The notes below the pieces were generated by a model. The model did not search any database, was not told the DNA's origin, and saw nothing but the letters and a program-made list of their open reading frames with translations. DNA of 64,000 nt from Camelus dromedarius (lineage: Eukaryota), in contig NC_087462.1 of assembly GCF_036321535.1 (NCBI RefSeq), positions 15,562,001 to 15,626,000 of the forward strand, read 5' to 3'. Positions 12,189 through 24,379 of the stretch are shown piece after piece. The position numbers and the translations under genes were made by a program. Numbering within the stretch: the first letter of the stretch is position 1; each line of letters starts with the position of its first letter.

Positions 12189-12359
12189 GGGCATCTCATT
12201 TTGGATGTCTTAATCTTGAAACAGACTGAACTCGGTGGATCACAGAAAAATGTGGTCTCGTTGACTCCTGAATAAAATATAATTTGGGTCATCATTCCCA
12301 CTTGCCCAGCAGCATTAAAATGACGCATTCCTGTAGGTTTCCAGGGGCTGGTATCCCTG
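12189..12359 (-). other. Candidate exon 3' part running into an N block
   Basis: 56 open codons (RDTSPWKPTGMRHFNAAGQVGMMTQIIFYSGVNETTFFCDPPSSVCFKIKTSKMRC) ending at CCC|gtaagt; 5' part hidden; peptide not recognised. Confidence 0.25.
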
Positions 12360-12491
12360 NNNNNNNNNNNNNNNNNNNNNNNNNNNNNNNNNNNNNNNNN
12401 NNNNNNNNNNNNNNNNNNNNNNNNNNNNNNNNNNNNNNNNNNNNNNNNNNNNNNNNNNNNNNNNNNNNNNNNNNNNNNNNNNNNNNNNNNN
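12360..12491. other. N block (132 nt) in unique sequence
   Basis: Run of N; non-repeat flanks. Confidence 0.95.
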
Positions 12492-13562
12492 TCATCTATT
12501 ACTTTGATATTTAACTTTTTTTTTTCTTATTAAAATGTTAGTGCTGAATAGACGCACACAATCAGTGGTGAGAATGTGGGTTTATACAGACATCAAGGCA
12601 TCAGTGAAGGGGGAGGTCACAACTAGTAAACAAAGAATTTTGTGTATGTGGTACTGGTGGTAAAATTACTTAGCTTTTCTACTTGAGACATAATTTTTTT
12701 TTTCCCCAGAGCTTGGGGAAAAAAATAACTTTTATTATCATACGCAGCAACTGACAAAGCTATATCACTTCACTGCACTGATGCAGTTTTTTTTTTAATT
12801 ACTCAATTCAGATGCTTATAGCAATCTCAGCTACACATAAAAAAAAATCTATCAATTTTTTACAGACAGGGGTAAATTTTGCCTCTAAAAGGAATACCAC
12901 GGTTAAATCCAGCATATCACATTGAAAAAAGGCTGTAGTCTAAAGTAGCCGCTGATGCCTTTTGGTGTTTTGAAGAAGGAGCTGTTTCGAATTGTAAAGA
13001 AATTTCCATTTCAAAAATAGCTACTGAACTGTCACAATGACTGCTTTGCATATATTTTTGGTCACAAAAATGCCATTGTTATTTTTTTACTATGGATATG
13101 CAAATGAGGTGTTGATAGGATTAAGTTCTGTCACCTTCTGAGACAGTCCTCTGCTTGCACTATTGAAGTTTGTGCACCCCACCTCCCCACTATTTCCTTT
13201 ACATTGAATTAAAGCCATCAAACTTATTTCGCTTTCCATTCTGTATAGGGTTTCCCTCTCCCTTCTCTTTTTGGCTTTTTCCCTAGTGATTTTTCCCTGA
13301 AATCCCATTCAGTCCTCTTCATATTTGCTCCTGGTGGTAACATTTCATCGCATGAAATCTTCCTCTATTTTCAGTTAAGAAAACGATTTTTTTTCCACCT
13401 TATATTCAAAAATACAAGAAAAAGGGAATCGTTTAACATTATAGGCCTATTTTGACTGATTATTTCCCTGTTAGATTTGCTAGGTGCTTTGATATCACAT
13501 AAACTATTGCATGTTTATGGATGGAAACTAAAACCTGCATTTGGGAAAGCTCATGATGGTAT

Positions 13563-13565
<3 letters not shown>

Positions 13566-13618
<53 letters not shown>

Positions 13619-13628
13619 CGCGCGCGCG
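13566..13628 (+). repeat. Compound (TG)21(CG)9 microsatellite, 63 bp of alternating purine-pyrimidine
   Basis: Read directly. Confidence 0.97.
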
Positions 13629-13703
13629 ATTGAAAACCAACCAATTCTTAAAGTTGTTACAGCTGTTTCTGTTTTTAAATCCTACCAACCATCCAACTTT
13701 TAC

Positions 13704-13706
<3 letters not shown>

Positions 13707-13746
<40 letters not shown>
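13707..13746 (+). repeat. (AC)20 microsatellite, inverted relative to the upstream (TG)n
   Basis: Read directly. Confidence 0.97.
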
Positions 13747-13748
<2 letters not shown>

Positions 13749-15262
13749 ATACACACTGGCTCCAATAATCAGTGTTCAGATTTAAAGTTTTGCATACTAT
13801 GTTCCACTTTTGTAAGCTAGCTAAACATATATTTACAATAAAGGCTTGAATACCCAGCATTTTTAAAAATGTGTTGTTTTTGGTGTTTTTTAAGAAAACC
13901 AATTTGAGTGTGAATGGAATTAGACTCACTGAACTAGAGAGAATGAGAATGACTTCCTTTACAGTGGGAGGAGCTTCACAGCTGAGGCATTTCAGAAGGA
14001 ATTTCCTCGTGGGGCAAAGAGAGGGATAACCTGTGTCCTGGAAATACCATCCTACTTCCTGTGTGGGTTATCCTCCTGCCGTAAATTGATGATAATTACA
14101 TGAGTTGCTACATTTCACATTCTTTGTATGCATGCGTGTGTCCACACACATGTACATGTATTACTGTAGTCCAGTCCATGCAAATATGTATTTTTATGTC
14201 AAAAGCTATTTCATACACCTTGTTAAAACCATGCCATAAACATCCTTATCCTCAAATTTTTTTTTTACTTAATCCAATAAACATCAAAATTGTCATTAGA
14301 ATAGATCTCCATATTCCAATGTTACGTGAATGTAATTTGATTAAATCCTTCACTGTTGAAATTTCACTGATCCTAGCATACTGATAAGTACACATTCATT
14401 TTTCCATTCATATTCTTTCTTTGGAAAGGGAATTTGGTAGGTGCCTCTAAAATTAATTTGCTTTTGAAACCTCTCATCTGCTCCCAAAGCTAGAAATTAT
14501 CTGTAGATTTTTTTAAAGTTAAAATACATACATATGCAATATTTAAATATTAAAATATCTGTATTCAACTAGAATATTGTGACCATTGGGAAGAGATGTT
14601 CTTAAACTAAAGAATGAATAAGAGTGCTTGTAAAAACTTGCCGATTCTGTCTGGAGATTAAGAAATTGTGAGCACTAATTCTCAATTAGCATTTTTCCAA
14701 TTTTAAATACGCAAGGACTATCAAATCATCTTCTATTTAAAATGTAAAGTTAAAGTGCAGGTAGGTTGACAAAGTTGCTTTCAATACTCTGAACTTTTAC
14801 CATCAAGCATTTTATTGTGAGATCTACAGACTTCTTGGAATTTTCTCCTTGACTGTTCAATACCCATTATCAAGTTTTTTGTTGTACTTGTGGAGACAGC
14901 ATAGGGAAGTTTCTCTCTTTTGATTTAGTTGTTTCTGGAGATAGAGAAACTGTGTTGTAGAAAAGGTATGATTTCAGAGCATTGCAAGACAAGGTAAGAA
15001 AATGCTTTAAAATTAGAATTTAGTCAAAAGAACTGTTTTAAGAATTACTGAATTGTGAAATCTGTGCTATTTACATGTTATTCACCTAACCCACCCTTCC
15101 TTCCTCCCTCCCTTCCTCCCTTTTCCTTCCTATCTTCCTTTTCTCTCTCCCTCCTCACCCTTTCCCTATCTCTCTATTGCTTTAAAGTTTTTATATGTGG
15201 CTGTGGCATAGTATAGGCCAGTGGTCTAACCTGGAGCAAAGACAATTGGCAATTTAAGCTGT

Positions 15263-15808
15263 TGTCACCGAATGGAACTCAGATCTGCTCACCCAAAGCA
15301 CAGCAAAGCCAGTCTCCTGACACCAGGTTGTGGTGAAGGAAAGTACAGTGTTTATTGTAGGATGTCAAGCAAGGAGGTGGAAGACAAGCTTCAGATCAAC
15401 TCCAACCAGGTCTTCAAGTTAGGGAATTTTTTAAAGGGGAAGAACAGAGGCTGAGATTAATCATCATCTTGCAGTTCTGGGACATTTCTTAATCGTAGTT
15501 TCAGGAGTTGGGATTTCTCTGATTTTCAGTCCTCTGGCCAGGTCGTCATGGCTCGGCAGTCTGTTAGCTTATCTTGACCTGGAGAAGCAACCTGAGTTTG
15601 TATGTTAATGATAATATCTGTAATAGCAATTTTAGTACAGTAACCATGTTATCGACAACAGCAATTTTGGTCATGTGACTCTGGTTGGTTAGTATTCAGT
15701 TAGCACAGGACTGAAGCCAGAGAGGACAAGAAAAAGAATAAAGTTTTGGATACAGAGATTAATCAAAAACTTGGTAAGGGAACTCAGTTTTAGGGGAACT
15801 TGGTTTCA
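15263..15808 (-). mobile_element. Solo ERV LTR (ERV1-like, about 546 bp)
   Basis: TG...CA termini (tgtcaccgaa...ggtttca); near-perfect 4-bp TSD ctgt/ctga; poly-A signal on the minus strand (gtgtttattg). Confidence 0.75.
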
Positions 15809-15869
15809 CTGATGTATGAGCACTATTAATTTTAAATTGAGCTTATAAAGTATTCAATCACACATGAAT

Positions 15870-16105
15870 ATGTAAAGAATCAGGTCACAAAACAGTATAT
15901 ATAGCATAATCACTTATATTATAAAATATAGAGTTAAAATTATATAGAATATGTGTGTGCACACATGTATATCTTAAAAAGATGAAAAGAGATAAAGGAA
16001 AACAATACATTATCTATGGTTGGTTGCATTATTGATTTTTATCTTCTCTGTGCTTTTTCTTATTTTTTAAAATTTCTACAATGAATGTGTGTAATTTTTG
16101 TATTA
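15870..16105 (+). mobile_element. Old L1ME-type 3' UTR fragment
   Basis: ...attgatttttatcttctctgtgc...aaatttctacaatgaatgtgtgtaatttttgta resembles the L1ME 3' end. Confidence 0.55.
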
Positions 16106-17414
16106 AGAGACTTAACACATTTAAAAAATGAAGAAGGTAGAAAGGAAGGTAGAGAGGGAAGTAGGGAGAGGGGAGAGAGAAGAAGAAAGGAAAGAAAGAA
16201 GAAAGTCTTTCTAATCTAGCAAGAACGCCTTTGCCTTTGTGATGCTGAGCAGGGCACTGTTTACTTCCCTGCTTATCAGCTGTCCTCTTTGGTATCTGGA
16301 GATCGTAAAGAACTAGGAATTATTGTTTATGAAATTATATGTGCTAGAAAGGAGAAGTCATTATCAGCACAGACCTATCAAAGGAGAGAATAACTAACTA
16401 TAAGAGTATATGCGTAAGTGCATGTGTTCACATGGGGCTTTATGACATATATTATTCTAATTTTGTCTAGTTTAGCTTTAACTAAAGTTTGCTTCCTCTA
16501 ATTCTCTGCATAACTCTTACTGGCAAGAAAAAAACAACAACACATCTTGAACCATGATCTGACTGTGTGAAAAGATAGCACATGATTGCCTTTTGGCCCA
16601 AGACTAAGTTTCAGCAAGTAAATAGTTAGAACTCAGATAAAAAGGCCTGAAAGAGATTTCCTTGCACATTTGTGGGGACAGGGACCATGTATTACACATG
16701 ATGTATGGTTTTGCACTCACAGTGTTTGGTGCATAGGAGATTTATGTAAATCTTTGCATTATTAAAAAAAAAATGGACAAAATTTTTTTCTAATCAATTA
16801 GAACCTTACCAAGTCTTACCCCATGATTTAAGAAGTATAGCTATGCAAACATTGTTGTCAGAACTAGAGAAATGCTCAGGTCTGTGCAGAGGCAGCCACC
16901 TCCAGCACAAGGATTTCAAGGTTGCCAGATGAAGGACTTCCGTTGTCAAAGCCCGCCTGCCTTGTGTCTCTGGGCCACAGTGCCTGAGCCATCCATGGTG
17001 AATATTCACTTTCCCATTTAGAGTCAGTATCTCTGGAAGTGTAACCTATATATAGATTACATCATAATCATCCAAAATGTTTGTAAATATGCACATTCTT
17101 GGAACTCACTCCAAACCTATTATTTACACTAAAGTTTGAGAAAATTGGGTAATGACAATATTCCCAAATTGAGACTCTGAAACAGAATCGTAGCAAAATC
17201 TCAGAGTAAGAATTGTATCAGCTCCCTTACCTTTTGCCTCACAAAATCTATTCTTCATAGAGATTTTCGTATGTGGCAAAGAGCGTTTGCACTCTGCAGT
17301 GGAAGCCTGGTCCAGAGCAGCTGGGGTAAACCTGGAAGAAATTTAATAGTTAGGTATGTTTATTGATCAGCAAAACTACAAGGGAAGTTTTTTTTTTTCC
17401 CCCCTTTTTTACGC

Positions 17415-18147
17415 TTATTGTAATTTAACAAATAAAGAGAAGTACACAAATTATATCCATACAGCTTAGTGAATTTTCACAAACCTAACCTATCGTTCCA
17501 CTCAGTAGGCAAATACGGGATCAGAGCATTTCCAGCATCCAGGAAGCCCCTGTGTCCCCCTTCCTTTTGTCTCCCTCCTCCTGACCCAGGGTAACCACTA
17601 CCCTGACTTCCAACACCGTAGATTGTGCATTTTTTCAAAACATGATAAAAATGTAATCAAACAATGTATTTTTTTGTAGTTGGCTTATTTCACTCCACAT
17701 TATGTTTGACTCACCCATATTGTTGGTGTAGTAATAGCTCTTTCATTGTCATTAAGGTATGCTGTCTTTTTGGTTAAATATGCCATGATGGATTTGACCG
17801 TGGATGGATAGGGATGGGTATTTTACTAAATTTCCATTTAAGGCTATTACAGAAAGTGCCACTGTGAACATCCTGGTACCTGTCTTTTAGTAAACATACG
17901 CACACATTTCCTCTGAATAAGCACCCAGGAGTGGAATTACTGGGTCACAGGGTATGTGCATAACATGAGCTTCAGCAGACTCAGTCAAATAGTTTTCCAA
18001 AGCGATAGTATCAGATTCCTTGTTGCAGCACACGAGTGTTCTGTTTGCTCCACATCCTTGCCGGCACTTGTCATGTCTCTAGCTGTATCATTTAAGCCAC
18101 GCTGGTGAGTGTACACACATCATATACTGATTTTAACTTGTATTCTC
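17415..18147 (-). mobile_element. Old L1M (MD/ME-type) 3' fragment
   Basis: gtaaccactaccctgacttc, gccactgtgaacatcc, cccaggagtggaattactgggtcacagggtatg, gctccacatccttgccggcacttg. Confidence 0.8.
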
Positions 18148-18578
18148 CATGGGCTGTTGCTGTTGTTTTTGTTTGCCTGTTTCTTTGTTCTAAATATCTT
18201 CTGTACTTCAACTTCTGAGTTCTCATTCAAAGGGATTAAACAAGTTTGGGGACTCAATATATTTTAAAACTCTCTGAAGTGATACTGGTGCCCATTCAAG
18301 TATTGGAACAACTGGCTTAAGATACTGACTTTTAAGGATAGGGAAGGGGTGGGGTTCCTCAATGGATTCATTCAAAATATTCCCACTGGCATGTGAACAT
18401 TAAAACAAACAAACAAAACTCCTGGATAATTGCCTTAATGAGGGAAGATTGTTTTTGAATTTGTATCAACCATTCTGATGGTCAGAGGTTTTTGGATGTT
18501 CTACCAAGATATCCATCAAAGCAGATTTGTACCCGAAGTGTACATTCAGGTTTTCAAAGGTAATTTAAATGTGGCATA

Positions 18579-19060
18579 GTGCTCTGTATTAGAGAAACAA
18601 ACCAATAGGAGAGAGAGAGAAAGGGAGAGTCTGGGAGAGAGGGAGAGGGAGAGGTGGGGGGAGAAACAGAAACAGAGATGGAGACAGATTTATTGGAGGA
18701 ACTGGCTCACCCAGTTACAGAGGCTGAGGAGTCCCACCGTCTACCGTCTGCAAGGCGGGGAACCAGGAAACTAATTCAGTCCCAGTCTGAATGCCGGAGA
18801 CCTAGAGCACTGATGTCTAAGGGCAGGAGAGGAGAAATGTCCCAGCCCCAGCAAAAAGAGCACATTTTCCCTTTCTCCATCTTTTTGTTCTTTTCAGGTC
18901 CTCACCTAGTGGATCGTGCCTACCAGCACTGCTGAGGGCCAGCTGTGCTCAATCTCCTGCTCTAAGTACTAATCTCTTCTCCTCAGACCCTCACAGACAT
19001 ACCCAGAAATAATGCTTTATCTTAGCCCAGGAAAGTTAACACAAAGAATTCACCATCACA
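18579..19060 (-). mobile_element. MLT2 (ERVL) LTR with an internal GA-rich expansion
   Basis: gagaaacaaaccaatagg...agatttattggaggaactggctcac...gaggagtcccaccgtctaccgtctgcaag...accatcaca. Confidence 0.85.
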
Positions 19061-19771
19061 GAGTTTGAATATAATATTTTAATTTTGTCTTTGTAACTCT
19101 GAGGACAGAATCTTATAAATTATCTCAAGTACCATTACCTTTAGTGAGTTCTTACCAAGCTTCACAGGATCCACCAGGATTTAGTTGGACAAAGAAAGGA
19201 AAATAACCACGCCCAGAAGCTTTTTTATTGTCTGCATGGTACCTGTACCTTAATAACCAATTAATTGGTTGGGGATTAGGCGTTAAGAATTTAAGCTTAG
19301 ATTCCAGAAGCTACTGCCAAATCCCTGGAATGGGCAGTGGATGATTTTAGCTTTCTGGTTTTAGAACTCAAGAGAGCATTGTTAGGGATATCAAATTATC
19401 TTTGCGTATGTCATCAGATCACAGGGTTTTACCTGACAAGGCATCAATTTTAAATCTCATCCAGGGAGTGAATGAGAGTATTAAAGTTGCCCTAAGATTT
19501 TCCTCTGTATCATTCTTTGATACATGCTGAGTAAAGCCAGTGGGCTTTACTGGAGATGCTTTAGCTTTGGTTTAAGGCACTTTAATGTGTATATTTCTTC
19601 TATTAAAGCCCACCACATTATGTGAGTCTAATAAGACGGCGGAGTTTGGCACCATCCATCTTTTGTTATGGATTGCTGAAATGATGCTGGAGAGTGTATT
19701 TATAAGTAGTGCATACGACTGTTGCCAGATATTGACTTTGCTTGCTAACTCCATCGTATAAAACTTCTGAT

Positions 19772-19935
19772 NNNNNNNNNNNNNNNNNNNNNNNNNNNNN
19801 NNNNNNNNNNNNNNNNNNNNNNNNNNNNNNNNNNNNNNNNNNNNNNNNNNNNNNNNNNNNNNNNNNNNNNNNNNNNNNNNNNNNNNNNNNNNNNNNNNNN
19901 NNNNNNNNNNNNNNNNNNNNNNNNNNNNNNNNNNN
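19772..19935. other. N block (164 nt) in unique sequence
   Basis: Run of N; non-repeat flanks. Confidence 0.95.
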
Positions 19936-20261
19936 GCTCAAAATGGAGGGCTTTTGGGGTGGTTTTTTTTTTTTTCTGTATGTTTATAACAGTGTTTATT
20001 GTAGTCTTTTGTGGTAGATTTCACATGAGGCTTTGGAAAAACACTGTACCTAAAATTTTCTCTTCAATTAGATTCTTCATCAAAGTGATCTGGAGGAAGA
20101 CATGTGAATCATTTAGTTTTCGGTGCAAATACTTGTGCTTGTCATTTATTGAGAACCTGTGTTTCCGGCGCTTTACCTATGTGTATTAAATTCTCTTTAC
20201 GAGCCTATATTATTACTCTTTTGATCTTACCAAATACACTAATGTTAAAAACAATGTTCAT

Positions 20262-20520
20262 ACAGTCAGTCATTCCAGTAATTTTTGTTTTGTGCTGGAC
20301 AGTTTCAGAATTTAACAGGGAATCAAAGTCCCCCAGCCTTGTGGGTTTACATTCCTTTAGGGTAGAGGAGGTGTGGGAGAGGCAATAAACAAATAAGGAA
20401 GTAAATAAAAAATAAAACGTGTTATGATGAATCAAGGATAAGATGGGGAAGGTGTGGTTGTGTAGCAGGCAGGCGTGGCAAGGAAGGGAGGAGGTGAGGC
20501 CAGGATCACTGCTTGCATGC
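20262..20520 (-). mobile_element. L2 3' fragment
   Basis: cagtcagtcattcc...gtgctggac...aaagtcccccagccttgtgggtttacattc...gcaataaacaaataa. Confidence 0.6.
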
Positions 20521-20659
20521 AGAGATTCACGTACAGGCAAACTTGGCATATCTAAAATTACCAAAGAAAGGAAATGTGTGGCCACAGCTGAATTTAATAT
20601 TTAGTTGGGGAGATATGTTCATATAAAATATTAAATAAGATTTCAATAGTAGCTTTAAA

Positions 20660-20786
20660 TACCATCTGTAGGCTGATGACTCCTGTCTGTCTCCCTTTCA
20701 GTCTGATTCTTAGATTTAATAAATCCAAGTGCCTATGTGATATTTTGACTTAGATGCCACCTAGCCATCTCAACCTTTGATGTGCC
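20660..20786 (+). mobile_element. L2 internal fragment
   Basis: gctgatgactcc...atccaagtgccta...gacttagatgccacctagccatctcaacc. Confidence 0.55.
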
Positions 20787-20969
20787 AGTTTATATATCTG
20801 TATCTTGTAAGTTTAGTTAATGTGAATCAATCCCAGTATGGCCCCCTTCAGAGGACTGAATTTCTGGACTTGCCAAAGGACAGCGACTGATCTGATCATT
20901 TGATAACCTAAAACAAGTACTACTAGTAATTGTTCAGGAGACTTACAGGGAATGCCCTGATTTCCTTGC

Positions 20970-21270
20970 TAAGGCACCAAATCATTGAGGCACTGTTAAG
21001 AGACAGTCCTGACACTACAGTGGGAGAAAAGAAACCTTATCTCTGCCTTCTAGAAGCTTCTGTTTTAATGCAAAGTATAGCTGAATAAAGATCATGAAAC
21101 ACAAAAACAGAAACCTACACATACATATTTAACATCATGCCAAGTAGTGATGAGGGCCATAAGGGACCAAAAAAAAAAAACAAAAAGAAAAGCAAGGTAC
21201 AGCATATACTTACCCCAGCCCAGGGAAAGAACACTGTAACTTGTAGTCAGGAAGGACTTCATAAAGAATG
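20970..21270 (-). mobile_element. L2 3' fragment
   Basis: gaggcactgttaag...tctctgccttctagaagctt...gtagtgatgagggccataag...gtcaggaaggacttc. Confidence 0.55.
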
Positions 21271-21872
21271 TTTGATATGGAGGGGGGGGGGAAGCATTAA
21301 CTCTATTGTTTAGTAGATGAGGAGCTAAAATTACATTTTTAGAAGACCTAAAATCACAAATTAAACTTAACGTGAGCCATCACCTCTTACTGTCTTTCAA
21401 GCTTTATGCTACAACAGGTGGCTTTTACCCACTTCCAATTCTGCCATGGGGAGTTTTGTGCTGCAGACTAAGATGTAACAAGGTATCAGTACATTGTCTT
21501 TAACATTTCATTTATCTCTTTAATCGGCCAGCAGTAAACTGGCTAAGATGGTTACTAATTTAGATATTAAACCCATCACTGTCATCTCATTCTTCCCCTT
21601 CTAGTAATCATCCATGTATTTTTTAATGGTAATTAGCCAACTTTTATTGTTTAGCACTTTGTAATTACAAAATTGCTTGCAGTCATCATTTCGTTATTGT
21701 TAACAGCATTCCAATTAAGTTATTGGAAATTGATGCCCTGCATGCTATCTGGGAAAATTTTAAAGTTCTTCCATACTGTTTTGTCATTTGCAATGAATAC
21801 CTTCAATTGTGCCTCATTTGTTTTGTACCTAACATCTCCTTCTTTGTGCAAATCTTGCTGTAAAAATCCCAG

Positions 21873-22416
21873 GGTTGAGGCTCAAGGCAGGCCACCTCAA
21901 AATATGCCAAAGTAGCATATTGATTATTTTGAATTGAAGTTACTTAAGAAACAGCTGGTGCAAGAAGGGCTCTCTGACTCTCTCCTCTGTCTCCCTGAAA
22001 ACAGGAAATAAATCTCCCATATGAAAGGTACATAGAAAGACATCCTTATCACCAGAGACAGGAGATTCAGGGCTGAGAAGCCGATGTAAACAAATCTTGC
22101 TATTCCTTTACTAATTCACTACCCCAAGCCCAAACTCTGTTTAGATGCTTCACCAATTACACGCCCAAACCTGAGTTTCTTTGTTCTGTTAATTCCTCAC
22201 AAATTCAGTACTTCTTTGTCTAGAAAGTATAAAAGCTGCCTGCCTTGATCACTTCTTAGGTCCTATTTCCATGAGACCCCTGTATACATAAGTTAGATTT
22301 GTTTTTTTGTTTTTGTTTTTGTTTTCCTGTGTTGTACATCTGTTTTCTGTCAATTTAATTATCTGACCAGCCAAAAGAACTCAAGAGATGGGGGGGAGGG
22401 GATTTCTCCCTCCCCA
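21873..22416 (+). mobile_element. Solo LTR, MER34-like (ERV1)
   Basis: caggccacctcaaaatatgcc...attattttgaattgaagttact...agtataaaagctgcctg...ctccctcccca; TATA at 22228. Confidence 0.8.
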
Positions 22417-23375
22417 TTACCAATTTGTAGCTTGATCTCTGATTAGAGAAACAGAACTTTTAAAAAATATTTAAATAATTCATTTTGATGGCATTCAACA
22501 TTTAGATACTCATGTGATTACACAAGCTGATTTTCTGGTACAAAATTTTGGGGAAATAAATAGCAGTTTCCTATTCCTTAATTTTTGCTTTCACTTCGAG
22601 TTATACCATTTCAAAATAAATGATTTATCATGATTTAATTGAAATCAAGAAACTCAGCTATAAAGTGACATCAATTGATGTCCTTCCAGTTCAGGGGAAA
22701 TAATTCTAGTTAAAAATTGGACCAAGAAAAAATTTGATACAAATGGAATAATTAGAGACTTATTTTGTGTTACTTTGGATGCATGTTTGATTAAGTTCTT
22801 GTGATTTGGAATCAGCTTATCTGAATCCCACCTTACCAAGTGCCAGTTGACTCTGCCTGTGCCTTTTGTAAGCCTCAGGGTCAGGATCTGTACAGTGGAA
22901 TTAAATAGAGTAGTTAATGCAAAGGCCTGCCATGAGGATGTGCGTGACTGCTCAATGAATGTCCCTTTTCTGCCTGCAGAAGTAAAATTCCCCAGAAACC
23001 GGGAAGGCCTTCTTTCTGTTACAGGATTACACATACAGACCAGATCTGAGGAGTGTATACCCACCATGAGGCTGTTACTTGGAGAAATACACCAGTAATT
23101 ATTTAGATACTATGAGATTCATAACCCAAGAAAGCCAGTGCTCTGCCCTTCAATAAGTCACCAAATTCCCAATGCAGTGACGCACACTCTGTGTGACACT
23201 TATTATCGGAGAAGAGGATTTTAAAAGCAGACTCCACCAGTTCAGTGGATCAGTGAAGTCTTTATTGTAGCCACAGACCCTGGAAGCTCTCTTTGTAATC
23301 AGCCAGTTCTATCATTTAACAGCCTTGTTTTGTGTTTTGGCAACAGACCCCAAGTGAATGGGCCTATCTGGGGAA

Positions 23376-23659
23376 NNNNNNNNNNNNNNNNNNNNNNNNN
23401 NNNNNNNNNNNNNNNNNNNNNNNNNNNNNNNNNNNNNNNNNNNNNNNNNNNNNNNNNNNNNNNNNNNNNNNNNNNNNNNNNNNNNNNNNNNNNNNNNNNN
23501 NNNNNNNNNNNNNNNNNNNNNNNNNNNNNNNNNNNNNNNNNNNNNNNNNNNNNNNNNNNNNNNNNNNNNNNNNNNNNNNNNNNNNNNNNNNNNNNNNNNN
23601 NNNNNNNNNNNNNNNNNNNNNNNNNNNNNNNNNNNNNNNNNNNNNNNNNNNNNNNNNNN
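23376..23659. other. N block (284 nt) in unique sequence
   Basis: Run of N; non-repeat flanks. Confidence 0.95.
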
Positions 23660-24379
23660 TTTTTTATCCCCCCTCCACTGCAAAGGATAGCTAGAGATAT
23701 TTTCAAGACCTCTTGCCTATATATAGTCGCTTTCCCATTCACCAAATGACTTCTTGGACTAACCTAATGAATTCAGTAATGTTTGATAGAGTCTTCACGT
23801 CCACCTTTATATTTAAAAAGAAGGGAAGAATTCTTGATCAGGCAATAAAATTCAAACAAGAGGGATATCAGATAGTTCTAAATCTAAAACTACATACCCG
23901 TTAGTCAGTAAACAATATTAAATGCATAGATCTGAAAAGCACACCCCCAAAATCATACTAATGTGATGACAGATGGAGATTGTGGAAGTTTCTTTATAGT
24001 TTCTGTCTCCCCATCCTTCCTTCCTACATTTTTTTTAAATGGTTTAAATAGGGATACCTTTGAGAAATGAGGGACATTTGAATCTTCCTGGTATGCATTT
24101 GGGAGCTGCAACAGAGGAAACATTAGTAAAATTTGGAGATTAAAAAGGCAGAATTCAGAAATTATATCCTCATCTTCCTCCAGTAGTATTTTGTGAGTGT
24201 ATTTGTGTGTGCACTGTTAGGTAAGTGCGTAATTCTTCCTTCTCCTGAGAAGCAGCAACTGTCCTGAAATGTGTGCTCACATTCCAAAAAGGTCTCTTTA
24301 TACTTTTAATATATATGATACAGAATTTTATATGTGCATACGTACACACACATGCACTCCGGCAAAATAAAGTAAAGCG

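Noticed and set aside
13477-13820. CV/HT-repeat ORFs
   Set aside because: Translations of dinucleotide microsatellites; the same applies to 5928-6122 and 47712-47966
15092-16203. CT-rich and GA-rich tracts as an inverted pair around the LTR
   Set aside because: Low-complexity complementarity without specific alignment
22654-23098. Overlapping 137-aa minus and 83-aa plus ORFs
   Set aside because: Non-ATG or weak starts and no known motif; treated as chance
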